Source of the DNA: an uncultured Chloroflexia bacterium
Lineage (GTDB): Bacteria > Chloroflexota > Limnocylindria > Limnocylindrales > CSP1-4
DNA: 64,000 nt
Assembly (NCBI GenBank): GCA_963707395.1
Contig: CAVPPQ010000002.1
Coordinates: 195,474 to 259,473, forward strand
Direction of reading: 5' to 3'
The notes beneath the pieces are model-generated. The model saw only the letters and a program-made list of their open reading frames with translations, did no database searches and was not told where the DNA came from. Shown here piece by piece: positions 19,712 to 30,736 of this stretch. Each line of letters starts with the position of its first letter. The first letter of the stretch is position 1. The translations under genes and the position numbers were made by a program.

Positions 19712-20332
19712 TCAGCCCTCCGCCAACCCCGCGCAGGAGGCGTCGACATCAAGGTCCGGCCTGACGCCACGGACCCAGTCGCGCACGGCCCAGAGCGTCG
19801 TGCAGAAGGCCAGGCCGTTCCACGGGATGTCGTCCACGGGGAAGGGCCGCACCTCCAGGGACTCCTTGGTCACGGTCATGGTGCCACCGACGATGGTCGC
19901 CTGGAAGACGACCACCACGATGGCGGCCTGCGGCCGCGAGTAGATGCCCACGATGCGCTCCGGCTCGACGATGAGGCCGGTCTCCTCGCGTGTCTCGCGC
20001 ATGGCCCCCTGGATCACGGTCTCGTCAGCCTCCAGGAAGCCACCCGGCTGCGCCCAGGCGCCAAAGCCCGGCGGGATGGCACGGCGGAGGAGGATGAGCT
20101 CGCCGGCCTCGGTCACCGGCAGCGTGGTGACCACGACCCGCGGGTTGACGTAGGTCACACAGCCGCAGTCGGTGCAGTGATGGCGGTCGCGGTCCTCGCT
20201 GGGAACCGGGCCGAAGGCCAGCGAACCACCACAGCGGGAGCAGTTGCGCAGCGCCGGGGCCAGCCAGTCGGGCGCACCATCAGTGAAGCCGTGCAGCGGC
20301 TGCCTCGCCCCCGGATCCTCCAGTCGGGTCAT
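19712..20332 (-). CDS. NUDIX hydrolase with N-terminal zinc-ribbon
   Basis: CxxC…CxxC followed by Nudix box GAWAQPGGFLEADETVIQGAMRETREETG. Confidence 0.8.
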   Translation of the reverse strand: MTRLEDPGARQPLHGFTDGAPDWLAPALRNCSRCGGSLAFGPVPSEDRDRHHCTDCGCVTYVNPRVVVTTLPVTEAGELILLRRAIPPGFGAWAQPGGFLEADETVIQGAMRETREETGLIVEPERIVGIYSRPQAAIVVVVFQATIVGGTMTVTKESLEVRPFPVDDIPWNGLAFCTTLWAVRDWVRGVRPDLDVDASCAGLAEG

Positions 20333-20335
20333 CGG

Positions 20336-20755
20336 TCAGGCCAGCAGGACGACGAGCATGATGGCAGCCACCACGACCAGGGAGCCAGCCAGCACGGCGA
20401 CCCATACCAGGCGGAAGGCGGCCCGGCCGGCATCCACCGGGCGCCACGCCCCCACCGAGCGCCACACTCGGAGGAGCGCGTCCGCCGTGATGAGCAGGAG
20501 CACGGCGCCGCCGACGAGCACGGGGATGCGGACCAGCGGCGACGACATGGGCGTGCCCAGCTCGAGAGCCATGATGGCGACGACGCCGCAGACGAGCACC
20601 ACGATGGAGAGGTAGATGAAGGCGCCCTGCAGCGGCGTCGGCTTGAGCTCGGGGACGCGTTGGGGCACCAGCGGCCGTCCGTGGGCATCGACGGGCGGCG
20701 TCGGCCGCGCCTGGCGGTCGAGCCGCGGAAGTCCCTGGAGATCGTCGGCATCCAC
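20336..20755 (-). CDS. membrane protein, unknown function
   Basis: 139 aa, 3 TM; sits 4 nt from the NUDIX gene, so they probably share an operon. Confidence 0.45.
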   Translation of the reverse strand: MDADDLQGLPRLDRQARPTPPVDAHGRPLVPQRVPELKPTPLQGAFIYLSIVVLVCGVVAIMALELGTPMSSPLVRIPVLVGGAVLLLITADALLRVWRSVGAWRPVDAGRAAFRLVWVAVLAGSLVVVAAIMLVVLLA

Positions 20756-20859
20756 GCAGCGGAGTCTAGACGTGCGCGCAAGTCGGCCCCCGACCGTCCG
20801 TTGCTGGCTGACGTCCGTTCGTCGCCTCTCGGACGATCGCCACGTGGACGGTCGGTCGC

Positions 20860-22320
20860 CTACTGTCCCTGGGCGCGCGTGAAGCCCTCTTCGTCCCCGT
20901 ACGTGCGCAGCTTCTGGACGTGCACCCAGGGCAGCCGCTCCCCGATGCGGCCCAGCAGCCGCAGGATGGCCGCGTCATCCACGCTGCCGCCCTCTGCCGC
21001 GGCCACGAGGCGGCATCGCCACCAGGCGACCGTGTCGATGTTGGCGTTGCCGGCCGGGTACACGACCGTGCCGCGCGCGGAGACGAACAGGAGGCGGAAC
21101 TCCGGACCGGCGGCGGCCTCCAGGGCCGCACCCACGGCTTCAGGCCCCCCGTCCTGCTCGACGAAGACATCCACGCCCAGGAGACGGATGTCCGAGCCGG
21201 TCACGCTGCGCACCTGCCAGCGCGGCAGCGGCGCTGGCGGGCTGGCCGGGGCGCCCTGCGACTTGGTCGCGTAGCGGGTGGAGGGCGCACGACCGAGGTT
21301 GGCGATGATGGCGTCGGCGAAACCGGACGTGGAGGTGGCGTGCTCCACGTCGCCGGCCTGGCGGGCCACGTCCAGCGTCACGGCTTCACCCTCCTCGAGG
21401 GTCACGAAGACGGCGTCCTCGACGCGCTGCGCCGCCGCAGGCTCGCCGATATGGCGCAGCATCATGACCGAGCTCAGGATGAGCGCCGTGGGGTTGATGA
21501 CGTTCTTGCCGGCGTACTTCGGCGCGGAGCCGTGGACGGCCTCGAAGATGGCCGCCGTGTCACCGTAGTTGCCGGAGGCTGCGAAGCCCAGGCCGCCGAC
21601 GAGGCCAGACGCCAGGTCGCTGATGATGTCGCCGGCCAGGTTGGTGGTCACGATGACGTCGAACTGGGCGGGGTCCTTGGCCATCTGGTGGGCCACGTTG
21701 TCGATGATGAGGTGCTGCGCCTCGATGTCCGGGTACTCCGGCGCCATCTCCTCGAAGATGCGCTTGAACATGCCCTCGCTGAGCTTGAGGATGTTCGCTT
21801 TCGTAGCGCAGGTGACCTTGCGGCGGCCCTCCCGTCGGGCCAGCTCGAAGGCGTAGCGGATGATCTTCTCCGAGCCGCGACGGCTGATGATCTTGAGAGC
21901 CACGGCCACGTCGCGCGAGTCCAGGTACTCCACGCCGGCGTAGAGGTCCTCGATGTTCTCGCGCACGACGATGAAGTCGATGCCCTCGCCGTCGTAGCGG
22001 GTGGGTACCCCGGGGATCTGACGCGCGGGGCGGATGTTGGCGTAGGTCTCGAAGAGCTTGCGCAGGGTCACGTTGGCCGACTTCTCGCCAAAGCCCACCG
22101 GCGTCTCGAGGGGACCCTTGAGCGCGACGCGGGTGCGGGCGATCGAATTGGCCGTCTCACGCGGCACCCCGGTCGTGTCGCCGCGCTTGAAGACCTCAGC
22201 GCCGGCCTCGCACTCCTCCCACTCGACGGCCACGCCGGCGGCGTCGATGACGCGGCGCGTGGCGAGGGCGATCTCGGGGCCGACCCCGTCGCCGGGGATG
22301 AGGGTGATGCGGTGGCTCAT
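20860..22320 (-). CDS. icd: isocitrate dehydrogenase (isocitrate/isopropylmalate dehydrogenase fold) with ~140-aa C-terminal extra domain
   Basis: [12 protein letters not shown] start, NLAGDIISD and GSAPKYAG blocks. A C-terminal extension like that of Thermus-type IDH. Confidence 0.8.
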   Translation of the reverse strand: MSHRITLIPGDGVGPEIALATRRVIDAAGVAVEWEECEAGAEVFKRGDTTGVPRETANSIARTRVALKGPLETPVGFGEKSANVTLRKLFETYANIRPARQIPGVPTRYDGEGIDFIVVRENIEDLYAGVEYLDSRDVAVALKIISRRGSEKIIRYAFELARREGRRKVTCATKANILKLSEGMFKRIFEEMAPEYPDIEAQHLIIDNVAHQMAKDPAQFDVIVTTNLAGDIISDLASGLVGGLGFAASGNYGDTAAIFEAVHGSAPKYAGKNVINPTALILSSVMMLRHIGEPAAAQRVEDAVFVTLEEGEAVTLDVARQAGDVEHATSTSGFADAIIANLGRAPSTRYATKSQGAPASPPAPLPRWQVRSVTGSDIRLLGVDVFVEQDGGPEAVGAALEAAAGPEFRLLFVSARGTVVYPAGNANIDTVAWWRCRLVAAAEGGSVDDAAILRLLGRIGERLPWVHVQKLRTYGDEEGFTRAQGQ

Positions 22321-22552
22321 GCTTCCTCCGGGGACCGTGCTGGTCGAGATCTGCGGTGCGTTCAGAGACCCGTGGCGCGACAGGTTCGCTCGCGGTTGGG
22401 CGGGCTGTCGAGAATGCTACACGGGCCGTTCCTCCACCTGCGGGGATGATGCCCGCCATCAGGCACCCGCTAGCGTAGGCTCGAGCGCGCGACCACGCGG
22501 GGACCGACAGCACATGCGGTCTGTGCCGCACGGCGCAGGAAGGGAAGACGGC

Positions 22553-25324
22553 ATGACCGCGCCGACTACGACGACCGGGCCATCGGCCGGCTCTGCCCCT
22601 GCAGAGACCGGCGGCGGCTGGCATGGGCTGAGCCCAGATGAGGTGGCCGCCCGACTCAAGGTCGACCCGGCCATCGGCCTGACGTCCGCCGAGGCTGACG
22701 CGCGGCGCTCGACATATGGCCAGAACACCTTCGACGAGGCGAAGAAGGCATCGCGCTGGCAGCAGTTCAGCGGCCAGTACGCGGACCCCATGCAGATCGT
22801 GCTCCTCGTCGCCGGCATCGTCTGTCTGTTCCTGCCGGGCCAGTTCTACACGGGCGTCTTCCTGCTGTTGCTCACCTTCTTCAACGCCTGGATGGCCATG
22901 AACCAGGAGGGCAAGGCCGAGGCGAGCGCCTCCGCCCTGCAGGGCATGATGGTCGTCAAGGCCAAGGTCCGCCGCGATGGCGACCTGGTCGAGGTCCCCA
23001 TGCAGGATCTCGTCCCCGGTGACGTCGTGAACATCGAGGCGGGCGACCTCGTCCCGGCCGACGCCCGCATCCTCTCCGCGGCGACCCTCGAGATCGACGA
23101 GTCGGCGCTCACGGGCGAGAGCATCCCCAGCCCCAAACAGGTGAACGCCGTCGCCCCAGACGCCGCCCTCGGGGATCGCGTGGACATGGCCTTCATGAAC
23201 TGCCAGGTCACCCGCGGATCCGGCACCATCCTCGTGACGACGACGGGGATGGCCACCGAGGTCGGGCACATCAGCGGCATGCTCCAGGCCACCGGGGTCG
23301 AGAAGACCCCGCTGACCAGGCAGCTGGACGCGCTCACGAACCAGATCCTCGTCATCGCCGGCGTGGCGCTCGCCATCTCGGTCGTCCTCGGCCTGTACCG
23401 CGACGTCGAGCTCCAGGAGCTGTTCCTGAGCGCGGTCGCCTTCGCGGTGGCAGCCATCCCCACGGCGCTCCCTGCGGTCGTCACGGCCATCCTGTCCAAG
23501 GGCTCGCAGTCGCTGGCCGACGCCGGGGCGATCATGAAGCGCCTGCGCTCCGTCGAGACGCTCGGATCGACCTCCGCGCTCAACTCCGACAAGACGGGCA
23601 CCCTCACGCTCAACCAGATGACGGCCACGCAGATGGCCGTCGTCGGCCGGCGCTACTCCATCAGCGGCGACGGCTACTCGACGGTCGGTCAGATCTCGCA
23701 CGCTGGCGGACAGCCGGATGTCCCGCTCGAGCAGTACCTGCTGCCGATGGCCCTCTGTGCAGACGCTGAAGTCCGTGACGGAGGGCTCGTGGGTGATCCC
23801 ACGGAGGGCGCGCTCGTCGTCCTCGCCGCGAAGGGCGGCGTGGACCCGTCCCTCACTCGCGAACGGTATCCCCGCGTGGCGACCCTGCCCTTCGACGCGG
23901 CCTACAAGATGATGGCCACGTTCCACGCCATGCAAGACGAGTCGGGCAAGGACGTCGTGCGCGGCTACATCAAGGGTGCACCGGACCAGCTCCTCGCTCG
24001 CGCGACCAGCGCCCACGGGCCGGACGGCACCCAGGTCCCGGTCGAGCAGGTCCGCGACGGCTATCTGGCTGAGAACGATCGCCTGGGCACCATGGGCCTG
24101 CGCGTCATGGCCACCGGCCAGAAGGACTTCGATCCGGCCACCTTCGATCCCGCTGCGGACCTGCTGCCGCTCCTCGACGGCATGACCCTCCTCGCCATCG
24201 TCGGCATCGTGGACCCGCCGCGACCCGCGGCCAAGGACGCCATCGCGATCGCCCACGCAGCCGGCATCCAGGTCCGCATGATCACCGGCGACCACGCGGT
24301 CACGGCCGAGGCGATCGCCCGCCAGCTCGGCATCGAGGGTCGCGCCATGACCGGCGCCGACTTCCGAGCGCTGAGCGACGAGGAAGCCATGCGCCAGATC
24401 GACGGCATCGGCGTCCTCGCCCGCGTCTCGCCCGAGGACAAGGTCCACCTCGTGGACATCCTGCGCAAGAAGGGCCACGTGGTGGCCATGACCGGTGACG
24501 GCGTGAACGACGCGCCGGCGCTCAAGAAGGCTGACATCGGTATCGCCATGGGCATCACCGGAACGGAGGTCTCCAAGCAGGCCGCCGTCATGATCCTCAC
24601 CGACGACAACTTCGGGACGATCGTGAAGGCCGTCGGCCTCGGGCGCGCGGTGTACGACAACATGCTGCGCTTCATCCGCTTCCAGATGGCCGGCCTCTTC
24701 GGCTTCATCGCCACGTTCCTGGGCTCGTCGCTCCTCAACATCCTGGGCGGCATCCCGTTCCTGCCGTTGCAGACGATGTGGCTCAACTTCACCGTCAACG
24801 TGTTCCAGGCCATCGGCCTGGGCTACGGCAAGCCGCGCGAGGGCCTCATGGCGGTCCCGCCGCGTCCGAAGGAGCAGCCGATCATGCCGCGCCGCCTGAT
24901 GAGCTGGCTCGTGTTCGTCGGGCTCGTCATGGCCGCGGGCACCCTGGGGATCCTGTGGTGGGGCAACGACAACTACGGGGACGTGGTCGCCCGCACGATG
25001 GGCATCACCGTCTTCTCGCTCTTCCGCCTCTTCTCCTCCCTGGAGACCATGGACGAGCGGGAGTCGCTTTTCGGCGGCTCCATCCTCGCCAACCGCGCCC
25101 TCCTGGTGGCCACCGGCCTGTCGGTGCTGACCATCATCCTCGCGACCGAGCTCGGCTTCCTGCAGCGGCTCCTCGGGACGGTGAGCCTGACCATCGACCA
25201 GTGGGCCATCTGCCTCGTCGTGTCGCTCTCGGTCGTCGTGGTCGAGGAGGTCCGCAAGCTCCTCCGGATACACGCCGTGGAGGAGACGACCGCTCCGGCC
25301 ACTGCGGTGGCTGCCGCGGCATAG
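22553..25324 (+). CDS. cation-transporting P-type ATPase (P2/HAD-IC type, Ca2+/Mg2+-like)
   Basis: DKTGTLT phosphorylation site, TGES, MTGDGVNDAPALKKADIGIAMG hinge, 10 TM. Start at the internal ATG after GGAAGGGAAG. Confidence 0.9.
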   Translation: MTAPTTTTGPSAGSAPAETGGGWHGLSPDEVAARLKVDPAIGLTSAEADARRSTYGQNTFDEAKKASRWQQFSGQYADPMQIVLLVAGIVCLFLPGQFYTGVFLLLLTFFNAWMAMNQEGKAEASASALQGMMVVKAKVRRDGDLVEVPMQDLVPGDVVNIEAGDLVPADARILSAATLEIDESALTGESIPSPKQVNAVAPDAALGDRVDMAFMNCQVTRGSGTILVTTTGMATEVGHISGMLQATGVEKTPLTRQLDALTNQILVIAGVALAISVVLGLYRDVELQELFLSAVAFAVAAIPTALPAVVTAILSKGSQSLADAGAIMKRLRSVETLGSTSALNSDKTGTLTLNQMTATQMAVVGRRYSISGDGYSTVGQISHAGGQPDVPLEQYLLPMALCADAEVRDGGLVGDPTEGALVVLAAKGGVDPSLTRERYPRVATLPFDAAYKMMATFHAMQDESGKDVVRGYIKGAPDQLLARATSAHGPDGTQVPVEQVRDGYLAENDRLGTMGLRVMATGQKDFDPATFDPAADLLPLLDGMTLLAIVGIVDPPRPAAKDAIAIAHAAGIQVRMITGDHAVTAEAIARQLGIEGRAMTGADFRALSDEEAMRQIDGIGVLARVSPEDKVHLVDILRKKGHVVAMTGDGVNDAPALKKADIGIAMGITGTEVSKQAAVMILTDDNFGTIVKAVGLGRAVYDNMLRFIRFQMAGLFGFIATFLGSSLLNILGGIPFLPLQTMWLNFTVNVFQAIGLGYGKPREGLMAVPPRPKEQPIMPRRLMSWLVFVGLVMAAGTLGILWWGNDNYGDVVARTMGITVFSLFRLFSSLETMDERESLFGGSILANRALLVATGLSVLTIILATELGFLQRLLGTVSLTIDQWAICLVVSLSVVVVEEVRKLLRIHAVEETTAPATAVAAAA

Positions 25325-25408
25325 GCCGGGCGACACCGAAGCCGACCGTATCGACACCAGACGGCGAACCCAGACCATCCACCCAAGCAGGGAAGAAGAG
25401 GGACGAAC

Positions 25409-26272
25409 GTGGCGAAGGACAAGGACAAGAAGGCGGCGAAGGATCGCGCCATCAAGCCGCTGGGCGACGCCGAGGCGAGCGCTGCCACGTCACCGCAGCC
25501 GCAGATGAAGACCAAGGACTATGAGCGCGAGATGCGCCGTCTCCATGGCGAGCTCGTGGCGATGCAGGAGTGGGTCAGGGCGACCGGCGCGAAGGTCTGC
25601 GTCGTGTTCGAGGGCCGTGACACGGCTGGCAAGGGCGGCGCCATCAAACGCATCACGGAGCGGGTCAGCCCACGCGTGTTCAAAGTGGTGGCCCTGTCCG
25701 CCCCGTCGGAGCGGGAGCGGTCGCAGATGTACGTGCAGCGCTACATGGCGCACTTCCCGGCCGCCGGTGAGGTCGTCATCTTCGATCGCAGCTGGTACAA
25801 CCGCGCCGGTGTCGAGCGAGTGATGGGCTTCTGCACGCCAGAGCAGACGGAGCGATTCCTCGAGCAGGTCCCGACCGTCGAGAAGGCCATGGTCGACTCG
25901 GGGATCATCCTCATCAAATACTGGCTGGAGGTCAGCCCCGACGAGCAGACCCGCCGGCTCGAGGGTCGTATCCACGACCCGCGCAAGGTCTGGAAGCTGA
26001 CCGACATGGACCTCAAGTCGTACAGCCGCTGGTTCGACTACTCACGGGCACGGGATGCCATGCTCAGTGCCACGGACACGCCCTGGGCGCCCTGGCACAT
26101 CGCCCACACGGACGACAAGATGCGGGGGCGTCTCAACATCATCAGTCACCTGTTGAGCCAGGTCCCGTACGAGCCGCTCAAGCCACGCGACGTCAAGCTG
26201 CCGAAGCGGCAGCCGGCCGGCAAGTACAGGGAGCCGGACCTGCCGCTGAAGCACATCCCGACGCCGTTCTGA
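25409..26272 (+). CDS. ppk2: polyphosphate kinase 2 family protein
   Basis: Walker A FEGRDTAGKGG plus the characteristic PPK2 blocks (YxxRY, WYNRAG). Confidence 0.85.
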   Translation: MAKDKDKKAAKDRAIKPLGDAEASAATSPQPQMKTKDYEREMRRLHGELVAMQEWVRATGAKVCVVFEGRDTAGKGGAIKRITERVSPRVFKVVALSAPSERERSQMYVQRYMAHFPAAGEVVIFDRSWYNRAGVERVMGFCTPEQTERFLEQVPTVEKAMVDSGIILIKYWLEVSPDEQTRRLEGRIHDPRKVWKLTDMDLKSYSRWFDYSRARDAMLSATDTPWAPWHIAHTDDKMRGRLNIISHLLSQVPYEPLKPRDVKLPKRQPAGKYREPDLPLKHIPTPF

Positions 26273-26312
26273 CGGTGCGACCCTCCGTCGTCAAGGAGAT
26301 GCGATCGTTCGC

Positions 26313-27281
26313 GTGAGCCAGCGTGAGGCCCCCTGGTCGGCATCGCGGCCAGGCACCCGATGGATCTGGACGACGTTGGCAGTGCTGCTCACGCTGCTGG
26401 CGTGGGCCTTGCCTCGCAGCCCGGTCCTGGCCCTGGAGGACGGGGCATGGGGGGAGACGGGGCCTCACGAGGTGGCCACGTTGGAGGTGAGTGTGCCCCG
26501 CACGCGGGGTGGCAGCGGCAGCTTCGAGGCTCGCCTCTACGTACCGCTGCCACGCGAGTGGGACGCTGAGGCACCGGCGGCGAGCTCGCCGGTGGTGGCC
26601 TTCGGGCACGGCTACCAGGCGTCCGTCGACTGGTACGAGTCCACGCTCGCGCACCTGGCGTCCCGGGGCATCGTCGTCATCGCACCCCGATCGGCAGGAG
26701 GTCTGTTCCCGGACCATTCCGCCTTCGCCGATGACCTGCTGTCAGCCCTGGACTGGGTCACGGCCGCTGCCAAGCCCGGGAGCCGCGACTGGCCCGGCGG
26801 CCCCGTCGACCCGGAGGCGCTCGGCCTGTCCGGTCATTCGATGGGCGGTGGGGCGGCACTCCTGGCCGCCGCTCGCGATCCCGCGATCCGCGCCGTGGCG
26901 ACGTTGGCGGCCGCCGAGACGGACCCCAGCGCCATCATGGCCGCGGGAACCATCGCGGCCCCGGTCCTGTTCGTGGCCGCCGGCGATGACGCCATCACCC
27001 CGCTGGCCGAGCACCAGCGACCGATGTTCGAGGCCAAGGCGGTCGGACCAGCCGAGCTGCGCACCATCGTGGGTGCCAGCCACTGCGGGTTCCTCGACCT
27101 CCAGACGCCACTCCTGCGCCTGGTCTGTGATGACGCGTCCATCGGGCCGGACGAGCAGCGGCGCCTGACGCGCGCGCTGCTCGCGGCCTGGCTGCGTCAC
27201 GAGCTGGCTGGCGATGCCGCAGCGGCTGCGCTGGCCTGGCCTGGCGTTTCTGACGACAGCACCCTGGTCGAGACGCGCTGA
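26313..27281 (+). CDS. alpha/beta hydrolase (chlorophyllase / dienelactone-hydrolase-like), secreted or membrane-anchored
   Basis: N-terminal hydrophobic segment, nucleophile elbow GHSMGG, later Asp/His. Confidence 0.7.
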   Translation: MSQREAPWSASRPGTRWIWTTLAVLLTLLAWALPRSPVLALEDGAWGETGPHEVATLEVSVPRTRGGSGSFEARLYVPLPREWDAEAPAASSPVVAFGHGYQASVDWYESTLAHLASRGIVVIAPRSAGGLFPDHSAFADDLLSALDWVTAAAKPGSRDWPGGPVDPEALGLSGHSMGGGAALLAAARDPAIRAVATLAAAETDPSAIMAAGTIAAPVLFVAAGDDAITPLAEHQRPMFEAKAVGPAELRTIVGASHCGFLDLQTPLLRLVCDDASIGPDEQRRLTRALLAAWLRHELAGDAAAAALAWPGVSDDSTLVETR

Positions 27282-27340
27282 GGCGCGGCGCGCATGGGCG
27301 CTGCGGGTCGGGTCGTGGCGAAGAGCCGCGCCGCGTCCGC

Positions 27341-27697
27341 TCAGGGAAGCCGTGGATCGTCGAGGCGCTCGAGCGCGGCGTCGATGTCGTAGCCCAGGGC
27401 CCGCGCCAGCTCCGGGGCGATGGCCACGGCCCGGTCGATGCCGATCGTCGGCGCCAGGGCCGTGAGGGCCTCCACGATGTCATCGAACCCGAGCCCGCTC
27501 TCCAGCGCCTCGGTGACGCGCTGCTGCCACACGGGTCCCGCCATGCCGGCCGTCATCGTGGCACCCAGTCGCAACAGGGCCAAGCTGCGCGCATCAAGGT
27601 GGTGCGACACGCCCGGCACCTCGTCGGCCACCAGGCTCCGGCAGTAGGCGCGGTCGCCGATGGTCAGTCTCCGGAGGATCTCCTCGCTCTCGATCAT
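27341..27697 (-). CDS. carboxymuconolactone decarboxylase (AhpD-like) family protein
   Basis: 118 aa with a CMD-like helical core. Low certainty from sequence alone. Confidence 0.55.
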   Translation of the reverse strand: MIESEEILRRLTIGDRAYCRSLVADEVPGVSHHLDARSLALLRLGATMTAGMAGPVWQQRVTEALESGLGFDDIVEALTALAPTIGIDRAVAIAPELARALGYDIDAALERLDDPRLP

Positions 27698-27748
27698 CAG
27701 GCTAGAGCCTCACGTGGCCGGTGCTGCGGGATAGGCACCAGTCCATCA

Positions 27749-30019
27749 TCAGCCAGCGGCGGCCGCATCCTCCACGATGGGGGAGACCGGGCCGGTGGCC
27801 GGGAAGGGGTCCAGGAGACCGGCCTCAACGGCACGCTCGACGGACTCGCTGCGCGAGGAGGCGCCGAGCTTGCCGTAGATGGACAGGGCGTGCGTCTTGA
27901 CCGTGGTGCCCTTCACGCCGAGCCGTTGCCCGATCTCCTTGAACGAGAGGTAGTAGGGCAGCATCGCCAGCACGCGCAGCTCTGCTGCAGTCAGGGTGGA
28001 GACGCCGCCAAGACCCGCCGGCAGCAGGGCGATGGCGGTCCGCAGGTCAGCCACCTGTGCGGGCAGGACACCGAGGTCGGGGCGCCTCCGGATGATGTCC
28101 TCGGCTTGGCGCAGGAGGGTGCGGGCGCCGCCAGGATCACCCACCGCAAGGTGCGCGCGTGCCAGCCCCAGCAGGAAGGCGACCGAGACGGCCGGGCCAT
28201 CGATGCCCATCGCCGGACGTAGGCTGACGGCGCGGGCGGCTGCTCGACGGGCTGCGCCAGCGTCACCCTGATGGGCAAGGATCCGGATGTTCGCGATGAC
28301 AGCCGGGACAGAGGCCAGGAATCCTTCGACCAGCACTGACACCCCGAGCTGCTTCGCTTCGTCCATGAAGCTGATCGCGGCTGCCCAATCGCCCCGTTCG
28401 GCGGCCCGCAGTGCGCGATGGCCGAGGATGCAGTAGGTGAGCGGGTCGTGGCCGGCACCGCGCGCTGCCATCAGGGCGTCCGCGATGGCCTGGTCGCCAG
28501 CCTCCGATTCGCCGTTCGTGAGCAGTGCGAACGAGAGCATCCAGAGCGCGAAGTCCCGCCAGGGGCTCGCCTCCGGCTCCAGCTCCACCGCGCGCCGCGC
28601 ATCCCGGAGCATCTCAGCTGCGCCATGCCGGCACAGCGCCGTGCGCAGCATCGCCCGGCTCGACTCGAAGGAGGCGGTGCCATCCGGCGGGCGACCGGCG
28701 AAGGAGCCCCGTTCCGCGATGTCGGCAAAGCGAAGGGTCCGCGAAGCATCGCCGGTGCCGAAGCATTCCCAGGCCGCCAGGATGGCCAGCCACGGCCGCT
28801 CCTCGAGCGCGGCGTCGCTGTAGCGAGCCAGCCACGCCTGGGTCATGGCGCGCCGGCCGGACCAGTGGTTGTCCAGCATCACGCGACCAAGGAATGACGC
28901 CGCCAGGTCGAGGTCTCCGGCCGAGAACGCCTGGTGGGCAGCCAGGTCGATCTCACCGGCCCCCTCGTACCAGGCCGCGGCTCGCCGATGCAGCTCGGCG
29001 ACGTGGTCGGGCTCGCGTGCCAGGAGCTCCGCGGCCAGGAACTCGCGCAGCAGGAGGTGGTAGCGGAACCAGCCGCCGTACTCGACCACGAGCAGGGTCG
29101 ACTGCGCGAGATCGGCGAGATGACCAGCCGACCCGCGGCCACCGGTCACCGCGTCACACAGGGGGCCATTGAGGCGCTCCAGGATCGAGGTGCGCGTCAG
29201 GAACGCGACCTCCTCCTCGGAGCGACGGCCCAGGAGCTCTGCCCGGAGGTAGGCGGTGACGGCCGGGTTGCCGTGGGGCAGGAGGTCTGCGTCGACCGGG
29301 GCTGGCTCCCGGGCCGCCCTGGTCGCCAGCGCCAGCAGTGCCGGCCAGCCATCCGTGCGCCGGGTCAGGCGCTCGATGACATGATCGGGCAGTCCGGGTC
29401 CGAGCCGGCGAGCGAGAGTGTCAGCCTCGTGGGCGTCCATGGCCAGCTCGGCCGGGCCGAACTCCAGCAGCGTGGAGCCCTGCGCGCGCCAGCGGGCCAG
29501 CGGGAGGTCCACCAGGTCGCGACTGGCGACGGCCACCTGCGATCCGAGTGGCAGGTACGTGATCAGCTCGGCGAGCGCGTCAAGGGATGCGCGGTCCGTG
29601 AGCCGGTGCGCGTCATCCAGGGCCAAGAGGACCGGGCGCGAACGACCGACGATGGCCGACAGCAGGCGCCCGATCACGGAACGGGCATCCACGCTGCGAG
29701 CGTGGACGGCCTGGAAGACGGACGGGTCCAGCGGCTCGATGCGGTCGAGGGTCGCGGCCAGGTAGCCGAGGAACACGCCCGGGTCGTTGTCGAAATCGTC
29801 GAGCGTCAGCCAGGCCGCCTCGCGCGGCCCGTCGGTGGCCCACTGCGCGAGCAGCGTCGTCTTGCCGTAGCCGGGTGGCGCGACGATGGAGACGAGCCGG
29901 CGATCAGGAGCGGCCCGGAGGCGTCGCAGGATCCCACGCCGTGGCACGGAGGCCTCCGTGCCACTCGGGACGAGGAGCTTGGCCGCGATGAAGTCGGTCG
30001 AGCCGCTGCGGATGGTCAC
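27749..30019 (-). CDS. LuxR-family transcriptional regulator of the large ATP-binding (LAL/MalT-like) type
   Basis: N-terminal P-loop APPGYGKTTLL, central TPR-like region, C-terminal LuxR HTH (…LTAAELRVLAMLPYYLSFKEIGQRLGVKGTTVKTHALSIYGKLG). Confidence 0.8.
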   Translation of the reverse strand: MTIRSGSTDFIAAKLLVPSGTEASVPRRGILRRLRAAPDRRLVSIVAPPGYGKTTLLAQWATDGPREAAWLTLDDFDNDPGVFLGYLAATLDRIEPLDPSVFQAVHARSVDARSVIGRLLSAIVGRSRPVLLALDDAHRLTDRASLDALAELITYLPLGSQVAVASRDLVDLPLARWRAQGSTLLEFGPAELAMDAHEADTLARRLGPGLPDHVIERLTRRTDGWPALLALATRAAREPAPVDADLLPHGNPAVTAYLRAELLGRRSEEEVAFLTRTSILERLNGPLCDAVTGGRGSAGHLADLAQSTLLVVEYGGWFRYHLLLREFLAAELLAREPDHVAELHRRAAAWYEGAGEIDLAAHQAFSAGDLDLAASFLGRVMLDNHWSGRRAMTQAWLARYSDAALEERPWLAILAAWECFGTGDASRTLRFADIAERGSFAGRPPDGTASFESSRAMLRTALCRHGAAEMLRDARRAVELEPEASPWRDFALWMLSFALLTNGESEAGDQAIADALMAARGAGHDPLTYCILGHRALRAAERGDWAAAISFMDEAKQLGVSVLVEGFLASVPAVIANIRILAHQGDAGAARRAAARAVSLRPAMGIDGPAVSVAFLLGLARAHLAVGDPGGARTLLRQAEDIIRRRPDLGVLPAQVADLRTAIALLPAGLGGVSTLTAAELRVLAMLPYYLSFKEIGQRLGVKGTTVKTHALSIYGKLGASSRSESVERAVEAGLLDPFPATGPVSPIVEDAAAAG

Positions 30020-30346
30020 CGGTCGATGCCGCCTTCGACCGCAGGCCGGCAGATCGGCTCAACGGTCCGCCCCGCACGGAGGTCGCCGCCTGATCGGGCC
30101 GAGCATCGTCCTTCCATGGTTGACAGCCTACCGGCTCCCATTCCGCCTCGCCATCGGGACGGCCCGTCTCACCGCTTGCGGCGTGAGGGTCTACCAGCAG
30201 GAGTCCGTGTGTCCCCCCACGCGGATGAGGCACCATAGACGAGCGGAGTGCTTCACTCCCTCGAGCGGGTGAAGCGGCCACCGTGGACACGCACCGCGGG
30301 TCGGGGCGACCGCTTCGGGCGACGCACGACCAGAGAGGAGAACGGG

Positions 30347-30646
30347 ATGATCCTGCTCGGATGTCTGCTGGCCTTCGGGCTGGCCGTGGCGCCTCGCGCC
30401 TTCCTCGTCCTGGCCTGGCTGTTCAGCGAGCGCTGGCCGATCGTATGGGGCGGCGACTTCCTGTTGCCGTTGTTGGGCATCATCTTCGTGCCCTACACCA
30501 CGGTCATGTACATGCTCGCCTGGTCGCCCCAGGGTATCGAGGGCTGGGACTGGATGTGGATCGCGCTGGGGCTCTTCCTTGACGTCTCGCACTGGGCCCA
30601 GACGGCCGCCAACCGCAAGCAGGTCCCCGGCTACACGGGTCCCTAG
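30347..30646 (+). CDS. small membrane protein (99 aa)
   Basis: ATG after GAGAGGAG. 3 TM. Divergent from the LAL regulator. Confidence 0.5.
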   Translation: MILLGCLLAFGLAVAPRAFLVLAWLFSERWPIVWGGDFLLPLLGIIFVPYTTVMYMLAWSPQGIEGWDWMWIALGLFLDVSHWAQTAANRKQVPGYTGP

Positions 30647-30736
30647 GCCGGAGAGGCGTCCGCCACCCAGAAAGCCTGGACCCCCGGCTGGTGGCCGAGG
30701 GTCCAGGTGGCGGCTCCCGACTCGCGTCGGAGCGAT

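Noticed and set aside
22320-22553. 233-bp intergenic region scanned for a tRNA or small RNA
   Set aside because: No T-loop-like GTTCRANYC or cloverleaf-compatible segment found. It is probably just the promoter and leader of the ATPase gene. I found no convincing tRNA or rRNA anywhere in the window.
22196-25378. 1060-aa minus-strand ORF
   Set aside because: Antisense to the P-type ATPase gene, which has unmistakable motifs. Composition is Arg/Asp/Gly/His-rich nonsense.
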